A stretch of DNA of 64,000 nucleotides, taken from a virus. Its lineage: Duplodnaviria > Heunggongvirae > Uroviricota > Caudoviricetes. Numbering within the stretch: the first letter of the stretch is position 1; every line of letters starts with the position of its first letter. A program made the translations under genes and the position numbers. The notes below the pieces were generated by a model that was not told the DNA's origin, ran no database searches, and saw nothing but the letters and a program-made list of their open reading frames with translations. The stretch is from the IMG/VR virus record IMGVR_UViG_3300029705_000029; one strand, written 5' to 3'. Shown here one piece after another: positions 9,171 to 20,245 of the stretch.

Positions 9171-9530
9171 ATGCAGCAATATAAGCACACTCCTTTTGAT
9201 GAAGAGACCCTCGAAGCAATGATCCAATACAATACAAATAATCCATCCAAAAATCACTTCAGTTTAATTGATGCACGAATTATAAGTCTTATTCACTCAT
9301 ATTCCTATTCCGAAATGCTATTTTTTGCATCAAACAAGTACCTTGCAGAAAGATGTCTCACCTCATCCCCAACAGTACAAAAGTCAATTAATAAACTGCT
9401 AGATCACAATTTTATTACAAAAAAAGTAGCATGTATTAATGGACGCAAACAGCGCATACTATCTTATAACGAACATGCCGTAGACCAATTCAAAAAGGAA
9501 ATGTTGTTGGCTGCGCCGCAGGCACCATAA
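9171..9530 (+). CDS. winged-HTH protein, probable minimal replication initiator/origin-binding protein
   Basis: FFASNKYLAERCLTSSPTVQKSINKLLDHNFI resembles phage Rep N-terminal HTH_36; GGAGGT RBS; iterons follow. Confidence 0.65.
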   Translation: MQQYKHTPFDEETLEAMIQYNTNNPSKNHFSLIDARIISLIHSYSYSEMLFFASNKYLAERCLTSSPTVQKSINKLLDHNFITKKVACINGRKQRILSYNEHAVDQFKKEMLLAAPQAP

Positions 9531-9782
9531 TAAAGATTTTTTATTTTACTACCCCGACCATAATAAAGAATCTTTACTGACCATAATAAAGCAGCTTTAC
9601 TATATTACATTAGTATTATTACATTAGAATATTATTACATTAGATTAGCGTAAAAATACTCGTGCCTCGTATTTTTCCTTTACTCGTTAAATGCTTACGC
9701 ATTTAACTCGTAAATATTTATTATTTATTTTATTTATTATTATATATAATAATATAATATATAATATATATAATATAATAAA
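9524..9782. repeat. putative replication origin: iterons, inverted repeats and AT-rich tract
   Basis: ACCATAATAAAG x3 (9524, 9557, 9580), TATTACATTAG x3 (9603, 9617, 9633), IR GTTAAATGC/GCATTTAAC, then about 70 bp of pure A/T. Confidence 0.65.
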
Positions 9783-9819
9783 CAAACCATAATATACTCA
9801 TTATACTATGCTTTTCCTA

Positions 9820-9848
9820 TTGACATTTCCAGCATTTGGTGCTATACT
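9820..9848 (+). promoter_or_regulatory. sigma-A promoter
   Basis: TTGACA-17 bp-TATACT with TG extension. Confidence 0.8.
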
Positions 9849-9883
9849 ATTAACAGTACAAAATTAATGGAGCGTGAAACCGC

Positions 9884-10069
9884 ATGAAGATCCTAAAACA
9901 CGGCAATGTTCCAGAGCGCACTTTCACATGTGACATATGTGGATGTGAGTTCATTGCAAGTTTTAGTGAATACACTCACACTCGACTATATGACTATAAA
10001 ACGAATCGCACATTCATGGAGATATTTGAATCACAATGTCCATGCTGCGGAACTACGGTGCAAGGTTAG
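9884..10069 (+). CDS. small Zn-ribbon protein
   Basis: MKILKHG...FTCDICGCEF...CPCCG. Confidence 0.7.
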   Translation: MKILKHGNVPERTFTCDICGCEFIASFSEYTHTRLYDYKTNRTFMEIFESQCPCCGTTVQG

Positions 10070-10090
10070 TGGGGGGGGGTACTTTCAACT

Positions 10091-10375
10091 ATGAATCTAA
10101 AACCAATTAACTGTCCTGCATGTGGCGAGCATGCAGAAATTATTGGCGAAGGTGTTGCTAAAGCAATATATGATGAGCATGGCAACAAAACAGAAATGCA
10201 CTTTACTGAGTTTGATGGATATACCGTTCAGTGTTCAAATTGTTTTGAACAAACAGTGCTTTTCAACACCATAGAAGAGGCCGTTCAAAATTGGAACGAC
10301 TTATCTTCACACGACGATACAATTGACCAATTGCTTAAGGAGTGTATTTATGAGAGATATCCTATTTCGAGGTAA
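10091..10375 (+). CDS. Lar-like restriction alleviation Zn-finger protein
   Basis: LKPINCPACG...VQCSNC...EEAVQNWN matches the Lar family pattern. Confidence 0.6.
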   Translation: MNLKPINCPACGEHAEIIGEGVAKAIYDEHGNKTEMHFTEFDGYTVQCSNCFEQTVLFNTIEEAVQNWNDLSSHDDTIDQLLKECIYERYPISR

Positions 10376-10949
10376 GCGCCTAGATAATGGCGAATGGGTA
10401 TATGGGGGCTACTTCAAACACGATAAAGTAAAAGTATGCTTTACGAGTGATGACCCGCATACAAAGCACTGCATTATTAGTGACGGTTCTTGTGATTGGG
10501 GATTTGAACCGCCGCTGGAATATTGCGAAGTAGATCCTAAAACTGTAGGTCAATTTACTGGAATGAATGATTTTGTAATGGCACATGAATTGAGACACCC
10601 TATTTTTGAAGGTGACATTATGGAACTATGGAGTCGTCGCAGAATAGGGGCAGACGGGTATTGGACAGTGAAAAGCCAATATGATGGTGATTGCATAGTA
10701 CGTGCGGTTGTAGTGTTTAAGAATGGTGAGTGGAGATTGGATTACGACAATGCGTATAATAATAAAATTGCCGCAGCCAGGGGAAACGAAGTGTACGACA
10801 GAGATGTGTATGCGCACTGGTCACTTTATCATTTGATACCACATTCAAAAAACATAGACATGTTTAGAAAGCTTAACAGCCATCATAAAACAGATGATAT
10901 TAAAATCATCGGAAATATTCACGACAACCCAGAACTCTTGGAGGAATAA
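10350..10949 (+). CDS. YopX family protein
   Basis: MRDILFRGKRLDNGEWVYG...TVGQFTG...IFEGDI...IIGNIHDNPELLE. Confidence 0.9.
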   Translation: MRDILFRGKRLDNGEWVYGGYFKHDKVKVCFTSDDPHTKHCIISDGSCDWGFEPPLEYCEVDPKTVGQFTGMNDFVMAHELRHPIFEGDIMELWSRRRIGADGYWTVKSQYDGDCIVRAVVVFKNGEWRLDYDNAYNNKIAAARGNEVYDRDVYAHWSLYHLIPHSKNIDMFRKLNSHHKTDDIKIIGNIHDNPELLEE

Positions 10950-10952
10950 CAT

Positions 10953-11237
10953 ATGTTTGGCACAGTGCATTTCACAGACGGCCACACAGAGCCAGTAATA
11001 AGTTACAACTTTAACCCAACGGGAACAGAGCTATATTTTACAACAGAGTCTGGCACTTATGGGTTTAAGGAAAATGTTCCATTATCAGAATTTGAACGCG
11101 AATATGAGTACGGATATTCTATCGTGCCATTTTTGACTAAGCTGCACAAGTTTTATAGATATGATTGTTCTATGTGCAGATGGCTTGTAATCAACGACAT
11201 TGAATGCATTGAACTTTTTACGGAGGTGTTACACTAA
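10953..11237 (+). CDS. hypothetical protein
   Basis: GGAGGA RBS, in operon. Confidence 0.6.
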   Translation: MFGTVHFTDGHTEPVISYNFNPTGTELYFTTESGTYGFKENVPLSEFEREYEYGYSIVPFLTKLHKFYRYDCSMCRWLVINDIECIELFTEVLH

Positions 11238-11518
11238 TGGCTGACTTTAAGGAAACTTGCGTCGAATATCTAGACGTAGACTCACACGCAACTTTTTGCT
11301 CGGCGGAGCGCAAATGGATTAATAAGATTATGAAGCTAAAAGAAGCTTATCCTGACGAAGTGGAAATTCAGGAATATCCAGAAAACAATTGCGGTAACAT
11401 TCTAGTACACATTCCAAAGAGCTGGCTCAAGATTGCACCACCACGTCAGGTGAATTTTACAGAAGAACAGCGTGCGGCGGCTGCAGAGAGAATGGCTGCA
11501 GCAAGAGCGTCAAAATGA
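11237..11518 (+). CDS. conserved-looking phage hypothetical protein
   Basis: GGAGGT RBS; C-terminal TEEQRAAAAERM motif. Confidence 0.65.
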   Translation: MADFKETCVEYLDVDSHATFCSAERKWINKIMKLKEAYPDEVEIQEYPENNCGNILVHIPKSWLKIAPPRQVNFTEEQRAAAAERMAAARASK

Positions 11519-11907
11519 TAGACTTGACTATTAGAAAATCGCACTAATTTTGCGTTTTCTTATTGAGTTTGATAAGTTGTAGGGGTATGATATTAAAATC
11601 AATTTTTACGGCGAAAACCTTATAGATAAGAGGTACAAAATGAAAACCGATGTAAACACGCTTCTCAAAGCAATCCATAAAAAGTGCCTTGACTGTTGCG
11701 CAGGTATGTGGAGTGAGCTTGACAAGTGTAAAATCACAAATTGTCCGCTATATAACTACAGAAAATTAAAAGGAGAAACAAAATGACGAAGTATGAAATT
11801 GCACAGCTAATTCGTGCGCTACTTGATGTTGAAGATGTTAGTGAGCTTCCTGATGCGGTTCTAAGCTTGGCTGATATGGTTGAGGATGATGAAGAGGATG
11901 ATTGCGA

Positions 11908-12354
11908 ATGACAATCACTCAGATATTTGGAATAATAATTCTTGTTGTGATATTTTTAATTGTTTTTATGGGAATTCCAATAGTGAACTGGTGGGTAGAT
12001 GGCCATGGATATCCAAAAATTAAATTCTCCGCATTTAAAAAGTTCTATGCCATAAACCAAAACAGATGGGAATTGTATGATGGCCATGTTATGTGTAAAA
12101 GTGATAGCAAATACGGAGGCACATTAGTAATGGACCACTTCAGTTTCGGTGTTATTGATTTTTACAGATATAAACTTTGGCGCAAGAGACGTGATAAGAT
12201 GCTAGAAAATCAAGTGCAGGCCAAATCAATAGAGCGCATGGTCGAATCTGTTAAAAGGGACATCAAAAACATGGAGCTTCTTTCTCAACAAGAAATTAAC
12301 AAGGCCAAAACAAACATGAAATATATTTTTGATAATATAAACGGAGGACATTAA
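11908..12354 (+). CDS. membrane-anchored hypothetical protein
   Basis: N-terminal transmembrane helix IFGIIILVVIFLIVFMGIPIV. Confidence 0.65.
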   Translation: MTITQIFGIIILVVIFLIVFMGIPIVNWWVDGHGYPKIKFSAFKKFYAINQNRWELYDGHVMCKSDSKYGGTLVMDHFSFGVIDFYRYKLWRKRRDKMLENQVQAKSIERMVESVKRDIKNMELLSQQEINKAKTNMKYIFDNINGGH

Positions 12355-12356
12355 TA

Positions 12357-12734
12357 GTGTTTGGTAATGAATACTTATGTCGCGCCATAAGATCAGATAA
12401 CGGCGAGCTAATTTGCGGTTATTTTGTGGGCGCAGGATTTGGCTCAGCTTATTTGTCTGTACAAAACGAAAACAAAACAATGTGGCGCACTTACTCGGTG
12501 TACGAAGATACAGTATGTCGTTGCACTGGACTTGCGGACAAAAATGGCACATTAATCTTTGAGCACGACTATGTGCGCACGGAGTACGGTAGAATTTGCG
12601 AAGTGGTTTGGAAGTCACTTCCAGGTCATTGCGGTTGGGATCTTGATCCAGCTGCTAGGCTTGATTGTGAGCCGCCATATAAATTTGATTTGTGGAAATC
12701 TTGCAACCTTGAAGTAGTTGAAGCACAAAATTAA
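12357..12734 (+). CDS. YopX family protein (second, shorter paralog)
   Basis: RAIRSDNGELICG...TVCRCTGLADKNGTLIFEHD. Confidence 0.75.
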   Translation: MFGNEYLCRAIRSDNGELICGYFVGAGFGSAYLSVQNENKTMWRTYSVYEDTVCRCTGLADKNGTLIFEHDYVRTEYGRICEVVWKSLPGHCGWDLDPAARLDCEPPYKFDLWKSCNLEVVEAQN

Positions 12735-12749
12735 CGGAGGAATAAACAA

Positions 12750-15700
12750 ATGACATATTGTGAAAGATTAATGAGAGGTACCAAAGAAGATCTAATTAAC
12801 GAGCTCGTTCTAGCCATTAAGTGGGCGCGAAATCTATCCGAAGCAGATTGGAACGCAATTACTACTGGGTCTGGTGGACTTGAAAAGTTCGTATGTGACA
12901 CACTTGATAATAAGTCAAAAGAATCCGCACTCAATGAGTGTACATGCGAGCACGCACATGGAATGTTTCAGGATCATTATGGGACAAGATATTGGTGTGC
13001 AGTTTATGGTAAAGAATGTGACAATTGTAGAATGGTGAAGTAATATGTGGTTCATTACAGTATTTGAAAAATTCGAAGTCAACGAACATGGCTTCCCAGA
13101 CTATGGCAGCATGAGAACGTGGGGCTATTACTCAAATCGCGAAACTGCACTCCAGGCACTTCATGAAAATTGGACTGATATGTGGGAATGTTTTTACGAT
13201 TATGCTGTTCTTGAAAAAATTGGCGAGGGCATTTCGCCATCTGTAGAGCGCACACAATACTTTAAGTACGACCGTGAGCGTGATGGCTATTTTGAAATGA
13301 GAACTCCTGCATATTATGATCATTTTGGTAACTTTGCGCTAGGCTAAAAGGAGAGATTAATAATGCGTTTTTATTTTGATATTGACGAAACTGATTTTCA
13401 GGATGACTATGGGCTTAATTTCCAAGAAACCGTCATGAACCGTGTGTCAAACGAAATCGCTTATAGTGTTTGGGATAGCGTTTCTGATCCAGACCGTTGG
13501 CATTCAGAAACAAAAAAGCACATTGATGCAATTCTGAAATCCAAGCAAAACGAAATCGTTGAAGCCGTAATTGAGCGTGTAGCTGAAAAGATTGCCAAGA
13601 AGAAGGCGCTTATGGAATTTACTCCAAAGGTTAGCGAGTTGGCCGCGCTAGACAAAGACAACGTTGCTTACTTTGAAGAAATGATCGACAAGGCAATTGC
13701 GAAGAGATTTAACGGGAAGTGAGTGGTTGTGTGGCAACAAATCATAAATCTGGTATCAGTACATACGTTGTTGGAGACATAATTTATTTCAGAGGTGAAC
13801 GGCTTCCACCAGCACCTCGTCGTTCTAACAAGCAAACTGTATTTGTAGGAGATACAATATGTATTAATGGCCATGAATGGAAAAATGGAAAGTGGAAGAA
13901 AACGCTACGTGCGCTATGGCACATGATGTTTTAGGAGGTCGAGCGTTATGAAAATTTTTAAATATATTCGTTCGCTATTTTGCAATCATGAATGGGAGAT
14001 GCTATCTACGCACTGTGAATCATATGCGGACGATCCAAAGCACATTTATATCGTTCAAACATTCCATTGCGCAAAATGCGGTGCGGTATGTACAGATATG
14101 AGCGGCAACATTAGTAAATTTAAAGTGAGGTAATATACATGGACAATATTTTAACTCCAGAACAGGCCGCACGGCCAGTAACTCAGGCTGATCTTTTATC
14201 GGCGCTTAATGAGCTTGCAAAAATGGTGTCTCAGAACAGCGCATATTACCAGGATCATATGTTTAATGCAGTAAACGAAGCTTTGGGCACTGTCGCAAGG
14301 GCAATCGATGAACTTGACTACAAGAGGATGAGAGATGCGTATCATGTAATTAGCTTGATTAGTGAACTTCACAACTTGCCGCGAGACACTATGATTGAAA
14401 ATTATATCAAGTGGTGCGAAGATTTTGATAAGATGAATGCGCCAGTGGCTAATGATGCTGAAAACAATAAGGAGACAGAAGCATGAAAGCAAAACTAATT
14501 GTTGAAGGTAGAGAGTTTACCATTGAAATTAATGATCCAGAACTGGAGAAACTACTTAAGCCGCAGAAGAAGACTGGATATGAGCGCGTGTCGCCTCTTG
14601 ATCCTTATTGGGCAGTAGATGAATTTGGTGTTTGTCAACATCTTGGAGAAGAAAAAGAAGTTGTAGATGAGATATATGATAATGCCAACTACTATTCAGA
14701 TGAGACCGTAGCCGAAAATAATGCTCGCGCCGACAAGCTTATGCGCCAGCTTAGACGGTATGCGGTGGAGCAGAGAAAATATAAATTGCTTTGGAACAAA
14801 GACTACTGCAATGAAAAATGGAGCATTGTGTACGATTGTAAAAATTGTAGACTTGTAACTAGAAAACATTGGGACGAACGCGAAGCTTTTGTTATTTATT
14901 TTGATACCGAAGAAATTGCTAATCTTGCTGTAGAAACTTTCCACGACGAACTAATCTGGTACTTTACTGAATATAAGGACAGTCTATGAGGTGAACACAT
15001 GAGTAAAAGTAATCTCCCAAAGTTTATTGAATGCCCTTGGTGTCATTCACCAATGGAGTTGCACGAAATAGAATGTGATGATGGAATGATTAGACGCGGA
15101 GACAAACGGCTGAGAGACTATTACTATGATTGTGATGTATGTTGGGCACACTCACCGAATGTTTATGAAGTGTGCACTCATGAGCAAGCAGAAAAACGTT
15201 TGAGAGAGCTGTGTAGATTGAGGTGATAGTATTAATGGGATATTGGTATGAGTTCTACGACCCAGAGCATGATTTTAAGCTCATTGACGAAGGCAAATTT
15301 GCTGGCATGCCATTTTATGATAGCACTTGCCCAGTAAACATCCCAATGTCATTTGGTGATGTTGGGTACTACTCACATCCAGATTACTCAGATCCGTACA
15401 ACTGCACTGGGTTGATTAGTAGGAAGTTGGCCATTGAGCTGCAAAAGTATATGAAGAGCAACAACACTCTTTTTACTGATATGATGGATGCGAATTACAC
15501 AAATACTTTAGTTTTTAGAATAACTTGAGGTGATATCGTAATGGTAGGAAAATATCTTACAATCAATCTTTCAGAGCATGCCGTTAAGAAAATCATCGCA
15601 GAGTATCTTATAAGAGAAGGATACGAAGTAACTGCTAATGATGTGAGACTTTCAGTTGGTTCAAAAATTGAAGGATATGGTATGGGTGAATGTGAAGTAG

Positions 15701-17408
15701 TTTATTTTAATGGTGCTCATGTAAGTATAAGGAGTGACTGAACAGTGAAGATTACAGACATTGTACACGCCGACACTGGAAAAACAAGAACTGATGGAAG
15801 ATATTCACAGCGCATTGGTAGTACAGTAGAATTTTTTGTTGCTCCAAGAGTTGGAGTGTCAATGATGCTATTGTACGTAGAAGATAATCAGGGAAACAAA
15901 AAAGACGGTGTTCTACAAACTAGCACAGTTGAACATATTATTGACAACGGTGCGGTGATTGCAGTATACACGCGCAACAGCGTATATTATCTTGAGAGGT
16001 GACAAAACGTGAAGCACAAATATCTGCTTGAGCTTTTCCCAGACAAGCTCCCATTCCCCTACAATGAAGAAGATTACCATGATTTTGATTATCGTGATAC
16101 TTTTAGTATGGATGAAACTATTGTTCTATGGATGTATCAATGCTTAAGATTTTTCCAAGACGAAGCATCAAAGATTGTTAATTTTGATTTTCATAAGGTT
16201 GAAATTGACGGCGTAGAACTTACTCAAAGACAGTGTATTGACAGAATGGTTGAAGATTGTAAAAAGATTCTTTATGACGAAAGTGCTTTTGAAGATTACA
16301 AAGATGAAAATGAATATATTATAAATGTGGTAGATCCAGCTGTGGATGATCTTTTTATGGTTTTTAGTAAAGTACATATGCACATGTGGTGGTGATTTGT
16401 ATGAGTGATTATGAAGAAAAGTGTAAGCTGTGCACACATAATTACAAACCAGTTGACTGCGAGCCAAAGTGCAATATGATGTGCGCCAATCATGAATATT
16501 TTAAACCAATAACCAATTATGACATGATCATGAAAATGAACGAAGAGGATTTGGCGGATGAATTCTTCAATTGGTTTTGCAATGGATATTGTGAAAATTA
16601 TGTTGATGACTTCGGTGAAGTTTATGATAATATACTTGAGTGGCTTAGAAGCATGCGCTTGGGGTGATTAATATGAATGATGTAAATGAGCTAATTAAAA
16701 ATATATATGAATATATTGGAGAGCCAGTTGATTACGCTGAGTTAATTGGTTCGCCAGTGCCATCTACATACGGCATCTGTTATACATACGAAGATCCTGG
16801 TGATATATTGCTTGCACAGGCCGCAAAAACGTTAGATGAACTATCTAACAATTTGAATGTGTGTGCAAAATGGGAACCTGGTAATGGTTATATGGATTAC
16901 AGTTTGGATTGTGATATACCAACATATAGATGCTCAAATTGCAAATGCGAAGAAGAGCTTACGACAGACTATTGTCCGAATTGTGGCGCAAAAATGGATT
17001 TGGGGGATGAATTGCTATGAAAGATCATGACGCAATTGAACAAGCTTATAAAAATGGGTTTGAAGATGGCAAAGCAAATGCCATAAGATATGGCGTTTGG
17101 GAAGTAATACGGGATCCAGTGGGCATGCCGCTTAGATGGATGCATAGAGAGTGCGGCAGAATTACTATTGAAGCCAGTAAGTATTGTCCTGACTGTGGAG
17201 CACAAATGCAATGGGAGGGATGATTGTGGAGAATGTAAATACAGTAACAATTACACTTGATGAATATTTTGAGCTGCGAAATAAAGCAGATGCGAATGCA
17301 TTTTTAACTATGCATTTTGGACAAATTGATGCGCAAATGCAGGAGCTTCGCACAAAATACGAAGAGCTTAGATGGCGTTTTGAAGAGCTAGAAAGAAAAA
17401 ACAAGTAG
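12750..17408 (+). other. cluster of about 16 small, closely packed hypothetical CDSs, many with CxxC Zn fingers (12750-13043, 13045-13347, 13363-13722, 13719-13934, 13948-14133, 14139-14486, 14483-14989, 14999-15226, 15223-15528, 15541-15741, 15745-16002, 16009-16395, 16386-16667, 16664-17020, 17017-17223, 17211-17408)
   Basis: Same-strand ORFs, mostly with GGAGG/GAGGTG RBS and overlapping stop/start; YCPNCGAKMD and YCPDCGAQM Zn ribbons. Confidence 0.7.
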
Positions 17409-17446
17409 AAACAATACAAAATTAATAGTTAAGGCGGTGATGTTAT

Positions 17447-20245
17447 TTGGCAAAGCAAAAAAAATTACAACAATATGTCTTTAAGATAAACTCTACTCTA
17501 TTGAGAAAAAATGATTGGAACTTAACTTTGCCGCTAAATAGGGCTAGAAATACGACAGGTCTAGTTGTCGCGCTTGCTGATTCTCAGATTTTGTCTTGGA
17601 TCAACGAGCTTAATGGAACTACGGATTATGATATTCAAGCTAAAGAAATAAAGCGCCAAATTAAAGAAATTAAAAAGCAGCCAGTAAGTCGTAACAACAA
17701 AACTAAAATCTCAAATTTGTACAAGCAGTTATATAGACTGCAGTTCAAAGAAGATTACTTGTGTGTCATAATGGACAAGAAATCAGATTATGATCGCGCA
17801 AATCAAGGATTTTATGTTAATGGTATTAAGTATTTGCGACTTTTGTGCACAACAGGCGGTGTAAAAACCTCAACAGTTGTGTATGTGAGCGAAAAGCTAC
17901 ATCCAGAACTCAAAAAGCGTATTGAAAACGGCAAGAACAATGAAGTGCAACTTGTCCCTGCCAAATTGGGCGCATATGAGGCTTTGGCCGCTAGTGGATC
18001 TCTTGAGGTGAGTTGGCCAAAGGACAAATATGCTCCAATCCCTGGTGGTGTAATAGTAATCAAGGACGCGTTTACTGAGTTTTATGCTGATTTGATTAAT
18101 ATTGATGATAGCGACCGCTCACAGGAGCCAATTGTGCAGTTTGAGCCAAATCAATTAGTTAAAAATGACTGCTCTGACGGATGCTCTATGATGCTTCCAT
18201 CTTTGTCTAGGCGCTGGAATGGCGAGCTTAATGATGATTATGAGCACACAATGAGCGGATGCAATCTTCGTTGCGCGTGGACCAAAGGCATGACTTTTAC
18301 TTTTGATTATATAAAGTTTGCAGAAGAGGTTGTCGGTGCATCAGATGATTACCCAGAAAAGTATTTGATAACAGATATTTGGGGACAGCAAAGAGATATT
18401 AGAGACTCTGAGCTGATAATCACTGAAAGCCAGCTTAAACTTTGGAACTGCTATGATTCGTGGGAAGATTTTTACTACAAGTGCCTTGAAAATAAATATA
18501 CTCTTAGAATTGCGAAGACTGCGCCGCATGAAGTGGACAATGTAAGACAGTTAAACTATCAGTTTATACAGTCTTTGAGCCTATCAGATGATGATATTCG
18601 GGAGCTTATAGCACCTACTGTTGATGAAATTAAGGATACGCTTGGCATGGATCCAAGAAAAAGCCTTGTGTATTTGTGCGGCAAAAATCTTAAAGCTGAA
18701 AACATAAAGTACTCTGATGTTGCAGCAAGGGCAATAATGGCAAATACGGATGTTATTAATGACCCATATATTCGTAACAGAATCAAAAAAATGATCAATA
18801 AGCGCATTAGAGAGGCAAAAATTGGAGTGCTTGACGTGCGCGGCAACTTCCAGATTATATCTGGTGACATATATGCGCTATGTGAGAGTATGTTTGGCCT
18901 TGAGGTGCATGGGCTACTTAAGGCAGGTGAAATTTACAGTAAATATTGGAAGGATAATGGCGTTAAGCGTGTAATGTGCGCTAGAGCGCCAATGTCAAAC
19001 GAGCATTCGCTGGTCTCTCAGGATATTTGTTACGACGATAAGGTTGAATATTGGTTCAAATACATGGATACTGTGGCAGTTGTAAACGCTTGGGATACGA
19101 TGCCAATGGCACTTAATGGCTTTGATTTTGATGGAGATTTGCTATTTACTACTGATAGCACTCCATTGCTTAACAATCAGAAGAACTTGCCTGCGCTAAA
19201 TTGCATTCAGTACAAGGCTTCAAAGAAGGTTGTTACCGAAGAAGATGTTATCAAAGCAAATAAAAATGGTTTTGGTAGTAAGATTGGCAGTATTACAAAT
19301 AGAATCACTGCAATAACTTCTTTGATGGCAAATTATGAGCCAGGAAGCGTTGAATATGAAACTTTAAGGTATAGAACTCAGTGCGGACAGGCGCTTCAGC
19401 AAGAAGAAATTGATAAAGCAAAAGGCATTTTGCCAAATCCAATGCCTAAAAGTTGGTATATTTTTAGTGAAAATGTCATAAAAGATGATGATTCTGACGA
19501 GATTAAAGCTCAAAAAACACTCAATCAGAGGCTTTGCGCAGCCAAAAAACCTTACTTTTTCGGCTATAATTACACCACTTTGAAGCAAGAATATGACTCA
19601 TATGTGCGTGATACAGACGATCATGTTCAGAGTATAACGGGCAAAAACATCCGTGATTTGCTTAAAAATGATGGAAAATTGCCCGAAAATGAGCAAAAAA
19701 TACTTGATTTTTATAAAAAGAGGCTCCCTCTTGACATTTCTCCATCAACAATGAATCGAATTTGTTGGGCTATTGAGGATGAGTTCGATGGTGTTGATAT
19801 GTTTTCTAATGTTGATTTTGATTATTCTATTTACAAAAGTGGAATAGAATATTCTGTTGAAGATTATGAGCTTATAAAATCAAAATGCGAGTCATTCAAG
19901 CAGAAAAAACGAGAAATCAATAAGAAAAAATTTGTTGACTGTGAAGTTGAAGACGAAAGTTTCGCTGATCAAATGCAAAAATTGAACTCCGATTTAGAAG
20001 AAGATTGCTTTTCTATCTGTTCCAATGAGCAGGTTTTATGTGAAATTTTGCTTGATATTTGTTACAAAGACGGATTTGATACATGTATCGTGTGGAGTTT
20101 GTGCGGAGATATAATTGTGGAAAAACTTGTGAGTAAATCTGGTGTCTACAGTTATCCAGAGCAGTGCGCTGATGGCGAGTTTAACTTCGGAGGTCTGCAG
20201 TTTGTCATGAAAAATATTGCGGTTGGAGGTGAAGTGGATGGTTAA
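17447..20245 (+). CDS. YonO-like single-subunit DNA-dependent RNA polymerase (double-psi-barrel, RdRP-like fold)
   Basis: Catalytic NGFDFDGD plus RAP, SDG, KGM and QxxIDxAK motifs; lies upstream of a yonK-like late cluster as in SPbeta. Confidence 0.85.
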   Translation: MAKQKKLQQYVFKINSTLLRKNDWNLTLPLNRARNTTGLVVALADSQILSWINELNGTTDYDIQAKEIKRQIKEIKKQPVSRNNKTKISNLYKQLYRLQFKEDYLCVIMDKKSDYDRANQGFYVNGIKYLRLLCTTGGVKTSTVVYVSEKLHPELKKRIENGKNNEVQLVPAKLGAYEALAASGSLEVSWPKDKYAPIPGGVIVIKDAFTEFYADLINIDDSDRSQEPIVQFEPNQLVKNDCSDGCSMMLPSLSRRWNGELNDDYEHTMSGCNLRCAWTKGMTFTFDYIKFAEEVVGASDDYPEKYLITDIWGQQRDIRDSELIITESQLKLWNCYDSWEDFYYKCLENKYTLRIAKTAPHEVDNVRQLNYQFIQSLSLSDDDIRELIAPTVDEIKDTLGMDPRKSLVYLCGKNLKAENIKYSDVAARAIMANTDVINDPYIRNRIKKMINKRIREAKIGVLDVRGNFQIISGDIYALCESMFGLEVHGLLKAGEIYSKYWKDNGVKRVMCARAPMSNEHSLVSQDICYDDKVEYWFKYMDTVAVVNAWDTMPMALNGFDFDGDLLFTTDSTPLLNNQKNLPALNCIQYKASKKVVTEEDVIKANKNGFGSKIGSITNRITAITSLMANYEPGSVEYETLRYRTQCGQALQQEEIDKAKGILPNPMPKSWYIFSENVIKDDDSDEIKAQKTLNQRLCAAKKPYFFGYNYTTLKQEYDSYVRDTDDHVQSITGKNIRDLLKNDGKLPENEQKILDFYKKRLPLDISPSTMNRICWAIEDEFDGVDMFSNVDFDYSIYKSGIEYSVEDYELIKSKCESFKQKKREINKKKFVDCEVEDESFADQMQKLNSDLEEDCFSICSNEQVLCEILLDICYKDGFDTCIVWSLCGDIIVEKLVSKSGVYSYPEQCADGEFNFGGLQFVMKNIAVGGEVDG

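Noticed and set aside
17447..20245. True RNA-dependent RNA polymerase
   Set aside because: dsDNA phage context and SPbeta-like synteny point to a YonO-type DNA-dependent enzyme
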